A DNA stretch of 64,000 nucleotides from a virus (Duplodnaviria > Heunggongvirae > Uroviricota > Caudoviricetes): IMG/VR virus record IMGVR_UViG_3300032308_002078, positions 16,073-80,072 of that record; one strand, written 5' to 3'. Under the pieces are notes generated by a model. It did not search any database. It saw nothing but the letters and a program-made list of their open reading frames with translations, and was not told the DNA's origin. Both the position numbers and the translations under genes were made by a program. This document shows positions 39,050 through 48,411 of the stretch, piece by piece. How positions within the stretch are numbered: the first letter of the stretch is position 1; every line of letters begins with the position of its first letter.

Positions 39050-39268
39050 ATGCAAGAAGAAAGATTTGTAATTACTAAATACGAAAACAATCCAGGATGG
39101 GATAGAATTGACATTAAACAAAAATGGTCAGAATGGGGTGTAGAAGGTCATTTGGATGGTGATGTTGAATTTTCATGTTATACAAATGATAGTGGTACTC
39201 ACAGTTTGTTTGTAAATCAAGATGAACTAAAGCAACTAATTGAATTTCTACAATCTAAAGTTAAATAA
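39050..39268 (+). CDS. hypothetical protein
   Basis: 72 aa. Confidence 0.3.
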   Translation: MQEERFVITKYENNPGWDRIDIKQKWSEWGVEGHLDGDVEFSCYTNDSGTHSLFVNQDELKQLIEFLQSKVK

Positions 39269-39273
39269 AAGTT

Positions 39274-39525
39274 ATGACAAACAATAAACAACAAACAGCA
39301 GTGGATGCTGCAGAATTGGCTTTAAAACTTTATCCATTTAGTGGTGATTCGGTAAGAAATGCATTTATTACTGGGTATAACAAAGCCAAGGAAATGGAGA
39401 AGGAACGGATGATTGGTTTTACAAACAAATACATAAACTCAGAACTTTGGGTAAACTGCAACGCAATTGAATCTGACAGCACTGTAGAACAATATTACGA
39501 ACAAACCTACGGAGGTAACAAATGA
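39274..39525 (+). CDS. hypothetical protein, tandem paralogue 1
   Basis: MTNNKQQT...EQYYEQTYGGNK; paralogous to the next ORF. Confidence 0.4.
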   Translation: MTNNKQQTAVDAAELALKLYPFSGDSVRNAFITGYNKAKEMEKERMIGFTNKYINSELWVNCNAIESDSTVEQYYEQTYGGNK

Positions 39526-39773
39526 CAAACAATAAACAACAAACACCTGTTGAGTGGTTTTTTATGACTATGAATGTTTGTGGACTATTACCAACTGAAG
39601 AGATAGTTGAGTATTATAATCAAGCCAAAGAAATGCAGAAGCAAATGACAATAAAACTTTATAATGATTATGAAAATTATTTAGAAGAAGCATTTAAACA
39701 CCAAAACGGTGGTCAAGCAGTAATATTGTCATTTGAAGAATTTTACGAACAAACATACGGAGGTAACAAATGA
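39522..39773 (+). CDS. hypothetical protein, tandem paralogue 2
   Basis: MTNNKQQT...EEFYEQTYGGNK; ATGA overlap with neighbours. Confidence 0.4.
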   Translation: MTNNKQQTPVEWFFMTMNVCGLLPTEEIVEYYNQAKEMQKQMTIKLYNDYENYLEEAFKHQNGGQAVILSFEEFYEQTYGGNK

Positions 39774-39918
39774 ATAAAATAGATTACGTATCAGGATTAC
39801 AATGGGACGAATATGGTAATCCAAACCCAATTATAGATAATGAACAATATATTGTTGATTATAATGCAATGGAAGAAGAATGGGAGATGGATAACTACAA
39901 TGAAATGATAGATGAACA

Positions 39919-40116
39919 ATGACACAACACGAATTTACAGAACATAGAAACACATGGCTAAAAGAATGGGCCGATAAATGGAGGTTACTAGATATTGATT
40001 TTGAAACATACATGGTAATGAAAGGTATGGCGCCTGAAGAATACAAGGCAATGAATGAGGACAGTTGGAAAACATCTGAACTTATTAGTGATGACTGGAA
40101 TGAAAAATTAATATAA
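39919..40116 (+). CDS. hypothetical protein
   Basis: 65 aa. Confidence 0.3.
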   Translation: MTQHEFTEHRNTWLKEWADKWRLLDIDFETYMVMKGMAPEEYKAMNEDSWKTSELISDDWNEKLI

Positions 40117-40207
40117 AAATGATAATATTAGCAGCAGTAATTGTATCTTGTCCTTTATGGTTGATAGCATCATTTCTAAAAGACATAGTTAAACAAGGAT
40201 ATAAAAA

Positions 40208-40489
40208 ATGAAAACATATAGAAAAATAGCAACAGTACAAGCCAAGTTATTTGAACAAGGAGATGAAAATGGATTCATACATCCTGGAGGTATTGGAGGT
40301 GCGATGACGGATTTAAAATATGGGTTTAAACCAGAATTGGTACCATACATTAAAACATTAGAAAATCCATTTCACATAGGTGAATTTGGTAAACATTATA
40401 TCTGTGTGGGTGTGAAGGGTGAACGATGGTTAGTTGAGAAAGATATATTTGAATTAACATACGAGGAGGTAACAAATGAAACTATATAG
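40208..40489 (+). CDS. hypothetical protein
   Basis: 93 aa. Confidence 0.3.
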   Translation: MKTYRKIATVQAKLFEQGDENGFIHPGGIGGAMTDLKYGFKPELVPYIKTLENPFHIGEFGKHYICVGVKGERWLVEKDIFELTYEEVTNETI

Positions 40490-40949
40490 ACATAAAACAA
40501 CTAAGGTAATCATGAGTCAATATGATTACAACCATTTATCATTTGCTGAACAACAACAAATGGAGCCAACTGATAGAGTAACGGTTGCGGAACTAAATCA
40601 AATGTCCCGAGACACATCTTACTGGGTAAGTGAACCCACTAATGTAGGAGTGAAGGAGGGGGGAGTGAATGAGACAATGACGGTGAATAATAATCCAGGG
40701 ACAAATAACATGACGACGGGACAAAACAATACGGGAACATATCCTGAACCAAATCAAATATGGTCACATTATAAGGGTGGACGGTATGAGATTATAGCGA
40801 TGTGTAACCATACAACGACAAATGAATTGTTGGTAATCTATAAATCACTCTCGTTTAATGGGTTTCATGCTCGCCCGTATAGTGAATGGCATGATGAGGT
40901 ATGGGAAGGGGCTCATTGTAAAACAAGATTTACATTAGTATCATGGTAA
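40476..40949 (+). CDS. DUF1653-like protein
   Basis: C-terminal YKGGRYEII...LVIYKSL..NGFHARPYSEWHDEVWEG..RFTLV resembles the DUF1653 signature. Confidence 0.4.
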   Translation: MKLYRHKTTKVIMSQYDYNHLSFAEQQQMEPTDRVTVAELNQMSRDTSYWVSEPTNVGVKEGGVNETMTVNNNPGTNNMTTGQNNTGTYPEPNQIWSHYKGGRYEIIAMCNHTTTNELLVIYKSLSFNGFHARPYSEWHDEVWEGAHCKTRFTLVSW

Positions 40950-41161
40950 CAACATTTATAACACTGGCAATCATAGGTTGGGTAATCAATCTCATATTCG
41001 GGATAGGAACAATGATGGATGGGTGGAAGAATAAGGATAAAAGAATATTCGAATTGGGTATATCGGTAACGGTAATAGGATTAATCTTTGGTTTGGTAAC
41101 GGGATGGGTGATTTTGTTTAAATTGATTAGTGGAAAGTATATTGATAAACATTTTGAATAA
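40943..41161 (+). CDS. small membrane protein
   Basis: 72 aa; two TM. Confidence 0.35.
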   Translation: MVTTFITLAIIGWVINLIFGIGTMMDGWKNKDKRIFELGISVTVIGLIFGLVTGWVILFKLISGKYIDKHFE

Positions 41162-41344
41162 TAATGTCTATAACGGGTGACAAACATCCCCTATATAGAT
41201 ATACAAAGATACTAATATAAGTATTGTATGTGACAAAACGGGGGTACGATGTGGTATGTGGAAGGGCAGATGGGTTAACCCCTTTTCCGCGCGCAGCCAA
41301 GCCCTACACTATATAAAAAAGGATATACCTTCTCGCACCTCTCG

Positions 41345-41398
41345 CTTGGCCTTTGCATGATGTGATGTTATATTTATAGCATAATAAAAATAAAGGTT
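41345..41398 (+). promoter_or_regulatory. conserved promoter motif (class 1)
   Basis: GCTTGGCCTTTGCATGATGTGATGTTATATTTATAGCATAATAAAAATAAAGGTTATG. Confidence 0.5.
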
Positions 41399-41815
41399 AT
41401 GAAAAATATTATCATCACAAACAGAAACAAGGATTTGAAAGTGTTATCATTTATGGGTGAATTTAAAGCTGGTAAAGGTACTTACCGCGTCATCACTAAA
41501 TGCCAAGCCGGGTTTATGGTTTCGAGTGAGATTGAAGCCAATAGCGCAGTTGCAGCATTCAGACGTTACAAACCAAAAGCAATTCAATCGATTGCATACA
41601 TTACCAACATCGGTCACCCAATTACAGTATATGCTCGTGCCGGTAAGAAAGTATGGGCGAGTGAGTGTTTCTTAAGTGAGGTGACTGTAGGTGATATTAA
41701 CCAAGCACTTCATAACACAGCATTATATAATCAGGGCCAATACGAGGCAGTTAATGCTAAGACATGGGCCGATAAGGCTTATGTGATGAATGAGGTTAAA
41801 GAGGTTGCAGCATAA
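41399..41815 (+). CDS. hypothetical protein
   Basis: 138 aa. Confidence 0.35.
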   Translation: MKNIIITNRNKDLKVLSFMGEFKAGKGTYRVITKCQAGFMVSSEIEANSAVAAFRRYKPKAIQSIAYITNIGHPITVYARAGKKVWASECFLSEVTVGDINQALHNTALYNQGQYEAVNAKTWADKAYVMNEVKEVAA

Positions 41816-41874
41816 GTTTGGCCTCCCAAACACACTATGTTATATTTAAGTATAATAAAAAACAAATAAAGGTT

Positions 41875-42024
41875 ATGGTAAAAATAGGAGATAAAATAGC
41901 AGTTAAAGACAAGGACCTTAAAGGTAGAACGTTCACTGTAATTAGCACCGACGGTAAAACAGCTTATATTCAGGATGTTCATAACTTTGAAAGATGGACT
42001 GTAAGTGTTAAAATTATACGCTAA
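41875..42024 (+). CDS. small hypothetical protein (start revised to MVKIGDK after the promoter motif)
   Basis: Track ORF starts at TTG 41818 inside promoter element; ATG 41875 has the AAAGGTTATG context. Confidence 0.35.
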   Translation: MVKIGDKIAVKDKDLKGRTFTVISTDGKTAYIQDVHNFERWTVSVKIIR

Positions 42025-42431
42025 TAATATAAATATGAAACAAATACTCAAACAATCAGTAATTGGTGGGCTTTATTTATTTTCAATAGCTTCTTTTGGG
42101 GCTGTGGTGGTGATTACTCTTTATGCCCTAGCGGGTAAGTAGTATGCAGTACGGTGTGTGTACGTAGTACGTACGTATGCATCACCGGGTAAGGACCACG
42201 TGCGTTGTTATCCCCGTAATGTGGGATATGTGGGAAAAGGGACTTAGATCGATTTTTAGATCTAATATAAAAGTAACCCATCGACAAGTATATACTTATA
42301 TCCCATAACATAATCCCAATTTCCATATAGGGAAAATTTTTAAAAATTCAAAGGACCAAAAGAAGATCTCTTAAAAAGAAGTTTGGCTATCCAAGAATAT
42401 ATACGTATATTTATTTCATAATAAAGGTTAT

Positions 42432-42971
42432 ATGATCACAGAAAAAGCAATATTAACAAACGGAAAAAAAGTTGAAGCTTTCAAGTCTCAGTATTTTGTA
42501 AATAGTGAAAAAATAGCTCGTGAATCAGGTGAGTTAGGTAAAAAAGAAAATGGTGATTGTGTTGTAAGAGCGTTTGCGGCTGCTTTAGATTTACCATATG
42601 ATAAAGCACATGCTTGGGTTAAAAAGGAATTGAAACGTAAAGATCGTAAAGGTACATTTGTAAGTTCATATGCTAAAAATATTTTAGGTAAAATTAAAAA
42701 CGGTAAAAAGATTGATTATATTGGAGCTCATCCAACACGCAATTTTTTAAAATATTCAATTGGTAGTGATAAGGTTTTAGTTAATCCAAAATACAAAACC
42801 AAAACAGGTTATACATTAAAATCATTTATCGAAAATAATCCAGTAGGTAGATTTGTATTAATTGTTCAAGGCCATGCGGTAGCAGTTGTTAACGGAGTAT
42901 TGTATGGTAACAGAGATGAACAATGGAAAGGTTTATATCGTTCAGTTTGGTTTGGGTTTGAAATGAAATAA
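42432..42971 (+). CDS. hypothetical protein with Cys and His pair (possible papain-like peptidase fold)
   Basis: GDCVVRAFAAAL early and QGHAVAVVNG late resemble Cys/His dyad spacing; weak. Confidence 0.25.
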   Translation: MITEKAILTNGKKVEAFKSQYFVNSEKIARESGELGKKENGDCVVRAFAAALDLPYDKAHAWVKKELKRKDRKGTFVSSYAKNILGKIKNGKKIDYIGAHPTRNFLKYSIGSDKVLVNPKYKTKTGYTLKSFIENNPVGRFVLIVQGHAVAVVNGVLYGNRDEQWKGLYRSVWFGFEMK

Positions 42972-43038
42972 AGGGGTTTGGCTTTTGGAAATAAGGATGT
43001 TATATTAACATTATAAGAAAAAATAAATAATAAAGGTT

Positions 43039-43227
43039 ATGGAAACAAGAGTAAGTTTAGTAATTAAAAGTCATTTAAATGATGCAATGGATGAAGTTCA
43101 TAATAATCCCGAATTAGTTCAAGCACGTTTACGTTTTGTAAAGTATTTGGTTCATATGTTTCCAGATACAGATGAAAAAATTGATGTGGATGTAGTTTAC
43201 AAACAATTTAAATTAGGTGATGTTTAA
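43039..43227 (+). CDS. hypothetical protein
   Basis: 62 aa. Confidence 0.3.
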   Translation: METRVSLVIKSHLNDAMDEVHNNPELVQARLRFVKYLVHMFPDTDEKIDVDVVYKQFKLGDV

Positions 43228-43377
43228 TATACTATTATTTTTTTGGTATTGTTTTGGGTTCTATTGGGGTATTACCCAATTAGTTAAATTCATAAAGAGA
43301 AAACTATCCTAGTTTGGCTACCAAGAAAAAGATCGGTATCTTCATAATATAATAAATTATATAGTTAAATAAAGGTT

Positions 43378-43572
43378 ATGATAAAAGATGAAAAATTAAC
43401 TCAACAAGCAATTTCTTATCTCGAGAAATGTGACGGATGTAAAGCGTCAATAAAAAGCGTCCCATGCAACGATATAGAGGCCAGATTCTCTGCCTATCTG
43501 AGAGTTAAAAAAGGCATGTCCTTGGTTGCCATGGTTGATTGGGAAAAAGTTTCTAAACACTTTACCGCATGA
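43378..43572 (+). CDS. hypothetical protein
   Basis: 64 aa. Confidence 0.3.
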   Translation: MIKDEKLTQQAISYLEKCDGCKASIKSVPCNDIEARFSAYLRVKKGMSLVAMVDWEKVSKHFTA

Positions 43573-44057
43573 TAAAATATATTTCTCCAGATGCCATTAC
43601 CAACAATCCAGAGTATCTGGAAGTTGATATTCGTCCAGATATAGACGGTGGTCATAAGATGTCTCGTGTAACTCATTTTACTCGAATATCAACCGATGAT
43701 GGATGGGATACTGTGGTATATTACCGCTATATAGGGTCTAATAACAACTCAAACTCCGTTCGCAATAAGCTCGGTGGCTTTGTTTATATATTAACTAATA
43801 ACGCCTATCCGGGTATTTGTAAGATAGGCATGACTACAAACTCTCCCGAACATCGCCTTCATCAAATCAATAATGCCGGGGTGATGGATGATTGGGAAAT
43901 AGCTTTTTCTATACAAACAGGTCGTCCTTATGATTTTGAAAAGTATATCCATAGTATGCTATCCGAGGTTAGGACTAGGGGCGATAGGGAGTTTTTTGAT
44001 ATACCTGTGAGTGAGGCTATTGAATTAATTAATGAGTCCTCACATAAATTTAAATAA
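43569..44057 (+). CDS. T5orf172 (GIY-YIG-like) domain protein
   Basis: GGFVYILTNNAYPGICKIGMT...RLHQIN...REFFDIPVSEAI follows the T5orf172/MUG113 pattern. Confidence 0.5.
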   Translation: MIKYISPDAITNNPEYLEVDIRPDIDGGHKMSRVTHFTRISTDDGWDTVVYYRYIGSNNNSNSVRNKLGGFVYILTNNAYPGICKIGMTTNSPEHRLHQINNAGVMDDWEIAFSIQTGRPYDFEKYIHSMLSEVRTRGDREFFDIPVSEAIELINESSHKFK

Positions 44058-44115
44058 ATTGTATATACGTATTATTTTGGGGTGTAGGGTCAAGCCAAAT
44101 TTGCAAAAGAAAAAA

Positions 44116-44174
44116 GGTTTGGCTTTTGGAGAATGAAATGTTATATTTAAGTATAATAAAAATAAATAAAAGTT
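44116..44174 (+). promoter_or_regulatory. conserved promoter motif (class 1 variant TTATATTTAAGTATAATAAAA)
   Basis: GGTTTGGCTTTTGGAGAATGAAATGTTATATTTAAGTATAATAAAAATAAATAAAAGTT; same variant at 41816-41874. Confidence 0.5.
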
Positions 44175-45347
44175 ATGAAAAAAGATCTTATTTCAATCAA
44201 CGTTAACGAACTTAAGGATTTCTTAGGTCACATCATTTCAAACAACCGTTATTTGCAAGAACAAAGTAAGTCACCTGTTAGTGTAGAAGTAATTGGTGAA
44301 AGTGGTATTGGTAAAACATCTGCTATTATTCAATTGGCTAAAGAACAAAATCTTAACTTTGTTAAGTTGAACTTAGCCCAAATTGAGGAAATTGGTGACT
44401 TGGTAGGTTTTCCAATTCGTCAATTTGAAGTAGAAATTAATAATGAAAAAACTTGGGTTGATGAACATGCTTTTGATGAGTACCTTAAACTAGGATATAG
44501 GTCAACTGGTCAAAACAGAATGAGTTATTGTCCACCTGAATGGATTGCTAATAAAGAAAAAGGTGGTATTTTGCTTTTGGATGACTGGAATAGAGCTGAT
44601 GTTAGGTTTATTCAGGCTATTATGGAATTGATTGATCGTCAACAATATGTTAGTTGGTCATTGCCTAAAGATTGGCATATTATTCTTACCGCTAATCCTG
44701 ACAATGGAGATTATTTAGTTAATAGTATTGATAATGCTCAAAAGACTCGATTCATTAGTGTTAATTTGAAGTTTGATATTGATTGTTGGGGTAAGTGGGC
44801 TGAGGAAAATGATATTGATGGTAGATGTATTAACTTCCTATTGATGCATCCAGAACTAGTTACTACAGATGTTAATAGTAGAAGTGTATCTATGTTCTTT
44901 AATTCTATTTCTTCAATTAAATCATTTGATGATAGTTTGCCTTTGATTCAAATGATTGGAGAAGGTTCAGTTGGGCCTGAGTTTAGTAGTTTGTTTACTA
45001 TGTTTATTAATAATAAGTTGGATAAAATGATTTCACCTGAAAATATCTTTAAACAGGATGAAAAATATGTTTTGACTACTTTGAAATCTCTAGTTGGTAA
45101 AGATAGTAAATATAGAGCTGATATTGCCTCAACATTATCTACTAGGATTGTTAACTATTTGGATTTGTATTCTAAAAACAATCCAGTTGAAAAAGATACT
45201 ATTGGTAGAATTTCTAAACTAGTTACTGAGGAGATTTTTACTACTGATATTTGTTATAATATGGTTAAGTCAATTTATAACAATAATATGAGTAAATTCA
45301 AAACCATGATTATGGATAAAGAATTAGTAAAATATATTATGAAATAA
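44175..45347 (+). CDS. MoxR-like AAA+ ATPase (AAA_5/CbbQ-NorQ type)
   Basis: Walker A GESGIGKTS; Walker B ILLLDDWNRAD; sensor HIILTANP; about 390 aa. Confidence 0.6.
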   Translation: MKKDLISINVNELKDFLGHIISNNRYLQEQSKSPVSVEVIGESGIGKTSAIIQLAKEQNLNFVKLNLAQIEEIGDLVGFPIRQFEVEINNEKTWVDEHAFDEYLKLGYRSTGQNRMSYCPPEWIANKEKGGILLLDDWNRADVRFIQAIMELIDRQQYVSWSLPKDWHIILTANPDNGDYLVNSIDNAQKTRFISVNLKFDIDCWGKWAEENDIDGRCINFLLMHPELVTTDVNSRSVSMFFNSISSIKSFDDSLPLIQMIGEGSVGPEFSSLFTMFINNKLDKMISPENIFKQDEKYVLTTLKSLVGKDSKYRADIASTLSTRIVNYLDLYSKNNPVEKDTIGRISKLVTEEIFTTDICYNMVKSIYNNNMSKFKTMIMDKELVKYIMK

Positions 45348-45356
45348 GATCCGACA

Positions 45357-45386
45357 TTGGGGGTTTGGTTTTCCAAATCCCCTTTG
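45357..45386 (+). terminator. rho-independent terminator
   Basis: GGGGGTTTGG tttt CCAAATCCCC hairpin plus T-run, then promoter motif. Confidence 0.55.
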
Positions 45387-45416
45387 TTATATTTAATTAA
45401 ATAAGAAATAAAAGTT

Positions 45417-46523
45417 ATGAAATTAGAAAATTGTATAACACCTAAGTACACGTATAATACCTACCAAAAATTAGGTTATTTTTACACAGGTTGGGATAAT
45501 ACAGGTAATAAAACTTTCCTTACCCAAATTGAGTTACAAGATTATAAAGGCAAAATTAATGCTATTCTTAATAATTCAGGTAAAGGAGAGATAGGTAAAG
45601 TTCTTTATGTAGGTAAAGGTTCTAATATCCCTCGTCATAAGATTAAAGTTTTTATAGAAGAAAACAAAATTAAAAAAACTTCTATTATTGAAAAATCAGA
45701 TACTGTCTTTTTTGATAAAAAAGTAATTAATGATGTTTATAAATGGTTTAACCAATGTAAAGAAGTAAAAATAGCTATTGTTCCTTTTACTAAAGAATTA
45801 TTAAATGTTATTAAAACAATAAATAGTTTGACTACCCAAACTAATTATCTTAAACAATATACTGATTCTTTTAATAATAAATCAAATATGGTTATTTACT
45901 ATAATGAGTATAATAATTATCCACAAGAATTTAAGCAAGCACTTGGTAATTTGGATTGGGTAGATTACCATGAACAAGATACTTACCGTACAAAGAATAT
46001 TGAAGATATATTTAATACTCTTGAATATTACTTTAAAAATCCTCACGGTAATATTATTTGGGATGATACTATTTTAGAAACACTTAATTCTGATGGTATT
46101 GATTTAGATGATGATTATATTTCTACTTTAGATTCTATGTTTGCTAGTAGAGAATCAGATAATATTAGATTAGCTATTGAGATGATGGCTAATGTTAATT
46201 TAAATAAATTTGGTTTGACAATTGCTCTTTTATTAAATAAATATAAAGAGGCTATGAATTGGGGTAATGGTAATACAGGTAGTCAAGCATATAAAACACT
46301 AGACCGTTATTTTAAAAATAAAGGAATTAATTGGAAATATGATTTCAGAACATTTAGTGCTGGTCTATATAAAAATTATTCTCATGATAATGAAGCTAAG
46401 AAAACTATTGAACATTTTGTTTTAGGAAATATTAATAATTTTTTAAGTGAAAATGGGTTTAGATTAGATGGAGGATGTTTACAAATAGATAGTTTTAAAA
46501 TATCATTACATAATAAAAAATAA
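45417..46523 (+). CDS. hypothetical protein between MoxR ATPase and VWA protein
   Basis: 368 aa, Asn/Lys-rich. Confidence 0.35.
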   Translation: MKLENCITPKYTYNTYQKLGYFYTGWDNTGNKTFLTQIELQDYKGKINAILNNSGKGEIGKVLYVGKGSNIPRHKIKVFIEENKIKKTSIIEKSDTVFFDKKVINDVYKWFNQCKEVKIAIVPFTKELLNVIKTINSLTTQTNYLKQYTDSFNNKSNMVIYYNEYNNYPQEFKQALGNLDWVDYHEQDTYRTKNIEDIFNTLEYYFKNPHGNIIWDDTILETLNSDGIDLDDDYISTLDSMFASRESDNIRLAIEMMANVNLNKFGLTIALLLNKYKEAMNWGNGNTGSQAYKTLDRYFKNKGINWKYDFRTFSAGLYKNYSHDNEAKKTIEHFVLGNINNFLSENGFRLDGGCLQIDSFKISLHNKK

Positions 46524-46527
46524 AGAT

Positions 46528-46549
46528 TTGGCCTTCGGGCCATTTTTTG
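46528..46549 (+). terminator. rho-independent terminator
   Basis: TGGCC ttcg GGCCA hairpin plus T6. Confidence 0.55.
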
Positions 46550-46570
46550 TTATATTAATATAAATAGGTT

Positions 46571-47752
46571 ATGAATAACGTTTACGAAGAAATCGCAAAA
46601 TTTTCTAAGCAATTAATGCTTAAAGAACCATTTTATGGTTTAGTTTTAATTAGTCTTAATAAAGAGCTAGATAAAAACATCCAGACAGCTTATGTTACTC
46701 CAGATAAGATTAATACTAAATTAAAAGTTAATCCTGAGTTTTGGGGTACATTAGATGATAAGACTAAATTAGGAGTATTAAAACATGAATTACTTCATAT
46801 TTGTTTTTTTCATTTAACTAATTGGGATCGTTTTGAGAATAAAAAAGTTTATAATATGGCTGCTGATTTAGAAATCAACCAGTATATTAATTCTGATATG
46901 AAAGGTGAGGCTTGGGATGGATTGGAAATTGATGGTCCTACTTTTGCACCTCTTAATTTAGAACCTAAAAAAGGTACAGGTTATTATTATGGTAAATTGA
47001 TGCAAGAAATTCAAGACAATCCAGAGGGTGATATAGCTAAAATGGCTAGTGAAAGTGGAGATTTTGTTTTGGATTTGGATGGGGTTGAAGGTTTGAGTGA
47101 GGCTGAAAAGAAACTCATTGCTAAACAAATTGACCATCAATTAAAAGATGTAACTAATGCCTTAGAGAAAAAAGGTAGCAGCAGAGGTTTAGTACCAGGT
47201 GAAATGAAAGACTATATTGATAGTTTGTTTGAAATTGTTGAACCTGTTATTGATTGGAAATCATATTTAAGACGTTTTAATAGTATGTCTACTATGGTTT
47301 ATACTAAAAAAACTCGTCGTAAACCGAACAGACGTTTTGGAACTGGTCCTGCCCTTAAAATAAAACAAAAGAAAAGAACATTAGTTGCTATTGATACTTC
47401 AGGTTCTGTTAGTAATGATGATTTAGTAGAGTTTTTCAATGAAATTTATCATATATACAAATCAGGTACTTATGTTGATATTATAGAATGTGATGCTAAA
47501 GTTAGAAGGGTTTATGAGTATAAAGGTGAAAGAAATGAGATTGAAGTACAAGGTAGAGGTGGTACTGATTTTGAACCTGTAATGGTTTACCTAGCTGAGA
47601 ATAGAGACAAATATGCTAATTTGATTTACTTAACTGATGGTGAATGTACTGCTCCTCAAACTCAACCTAAGAAACCTATGTTATGGGTTCATAGTTCAGG
47701 TCATAATATAAATGATACTCTACCAGGTGCTAAAGTAAGAATTGTAAGATAA
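46571..47752 (+). CDS. VWA-domain protein with N-terminal HExxH putative metallopeptidase domain (DUF2201-like)
   Basis: LKHELLHICFFHL (HExxH); MIDAS motif LVAIDTSGSVS followed by VWA fold features (GGTDF, YLTDGE). Confidence 0.6.
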   Translation: MNNVYEEIAKFSKQLMLKEPFYGLVLISLNKELDKNIQTAYVTPDKINTKLKVNPEFWGTLDDKTKLGVLKHELLHICFFHLTNWDRFENKKVYNMAADLEINQYINSDMKGEAWDGLEIDGPTFAPLNLEPKKGTGYYYGKLMQEIQDNPEGDIAKMASESGDFVLDLDGVEGLSEAEKKLIAKQIDHQLKDVTNALEKKGSSRGLVPGEMKDYIDSLFEIVEPVIDWKSYLRRFNSMSTMVYTKKTRRKPNRRFGTGPALKIKQKKRTLVAIDTSGSVSNDDLVEFFNEIYHIYKSGTYVDIIECDAKVRRVYEYKGERNEIEVQGRGGTDFEPVMVYLAENRDKYANLIYLTDGECTAPQTQPKKPMLWVHSSGHNINDTLPGAKVRIVR

Positions 47753-47955
47753 TGGAAGAATTATTAGGTGGTAGGACTAATGAAGAATTTATTGACTTTA
47801 TGTCTGATATGCTTATATCAGATAATGCTTTAGCAAATAATATATTAAATCAACATTTTAACTTATATACAAAAGAATGTTATAATCTACGAATTAATAT
47901 TATCATTGAGTATTTGAGTAAAAAAGAAAAATTAAAAAACAATGGAAACATTTGA
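47752..47955 (+). CDS. hypothetical protein
   Basis: 67 aa. Confidence 0.3.
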   Translation: MEELLGGRTNEEFIDFMSDMLISDNALANNILNQHFNLYTKECYNLRINIIIEYLSKKEKLKNNGNI

Positions 47956-48409
47956 AAAATTTATAATCGAAAAAGAATTAGTAGACGGCTTTGCTGATAT
48001 TATTAAAAGCACTGATGAAGAGGGTATTAAAATGGCCTTGGATATTATTGCTAATAGAGATACTACTCATAAAGAAAGTCAAAAAAACTTTATGGAAATA
48101 ATGAATAAAATTATTAAAGATGAAGAATTATTTCCTGTGACTGAAGTATGGATTGTTAAGCTAGGAGGTAGAATCTTAACATGTGGAGGCAATTCAGGAT
48201 TTGTTTCAGAAACAGATGCTAGAAGACAATTGTCTCTTCATTTAACAAAATTAATAGGTTCTAAAAGTAAACGTTATGATAATAACAATTACCGCCGTAG
48301 ATTTACTCCTTACCAAATTGCTTTAAGACAAATCTTTAAATCAGGAAATGATTTAAGAAACTTCTTAATTAAAAATGGTTTAATTGAAATTGTAAGTATT
48401 AAATATTAA
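47942..48409 (+). CDS. hypothetical protein
   Basis: 155 aa. Confidence 0.3.
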   Translation: METFEKFIIEKELVDGFADIIKSTDEEGIKMALDIIANRDTTHKESQKNFMEIMNKIIKDEELFPVTEVWIVKLGGRILTCGGNSGFVSETDARRQLSLHLTKLIGSKSKRYDNNNYRRRFTPYQIALRQIFKSGNDLRNFLIKNGLIEIVSIKY

Positions 48410-48411
48410 AA

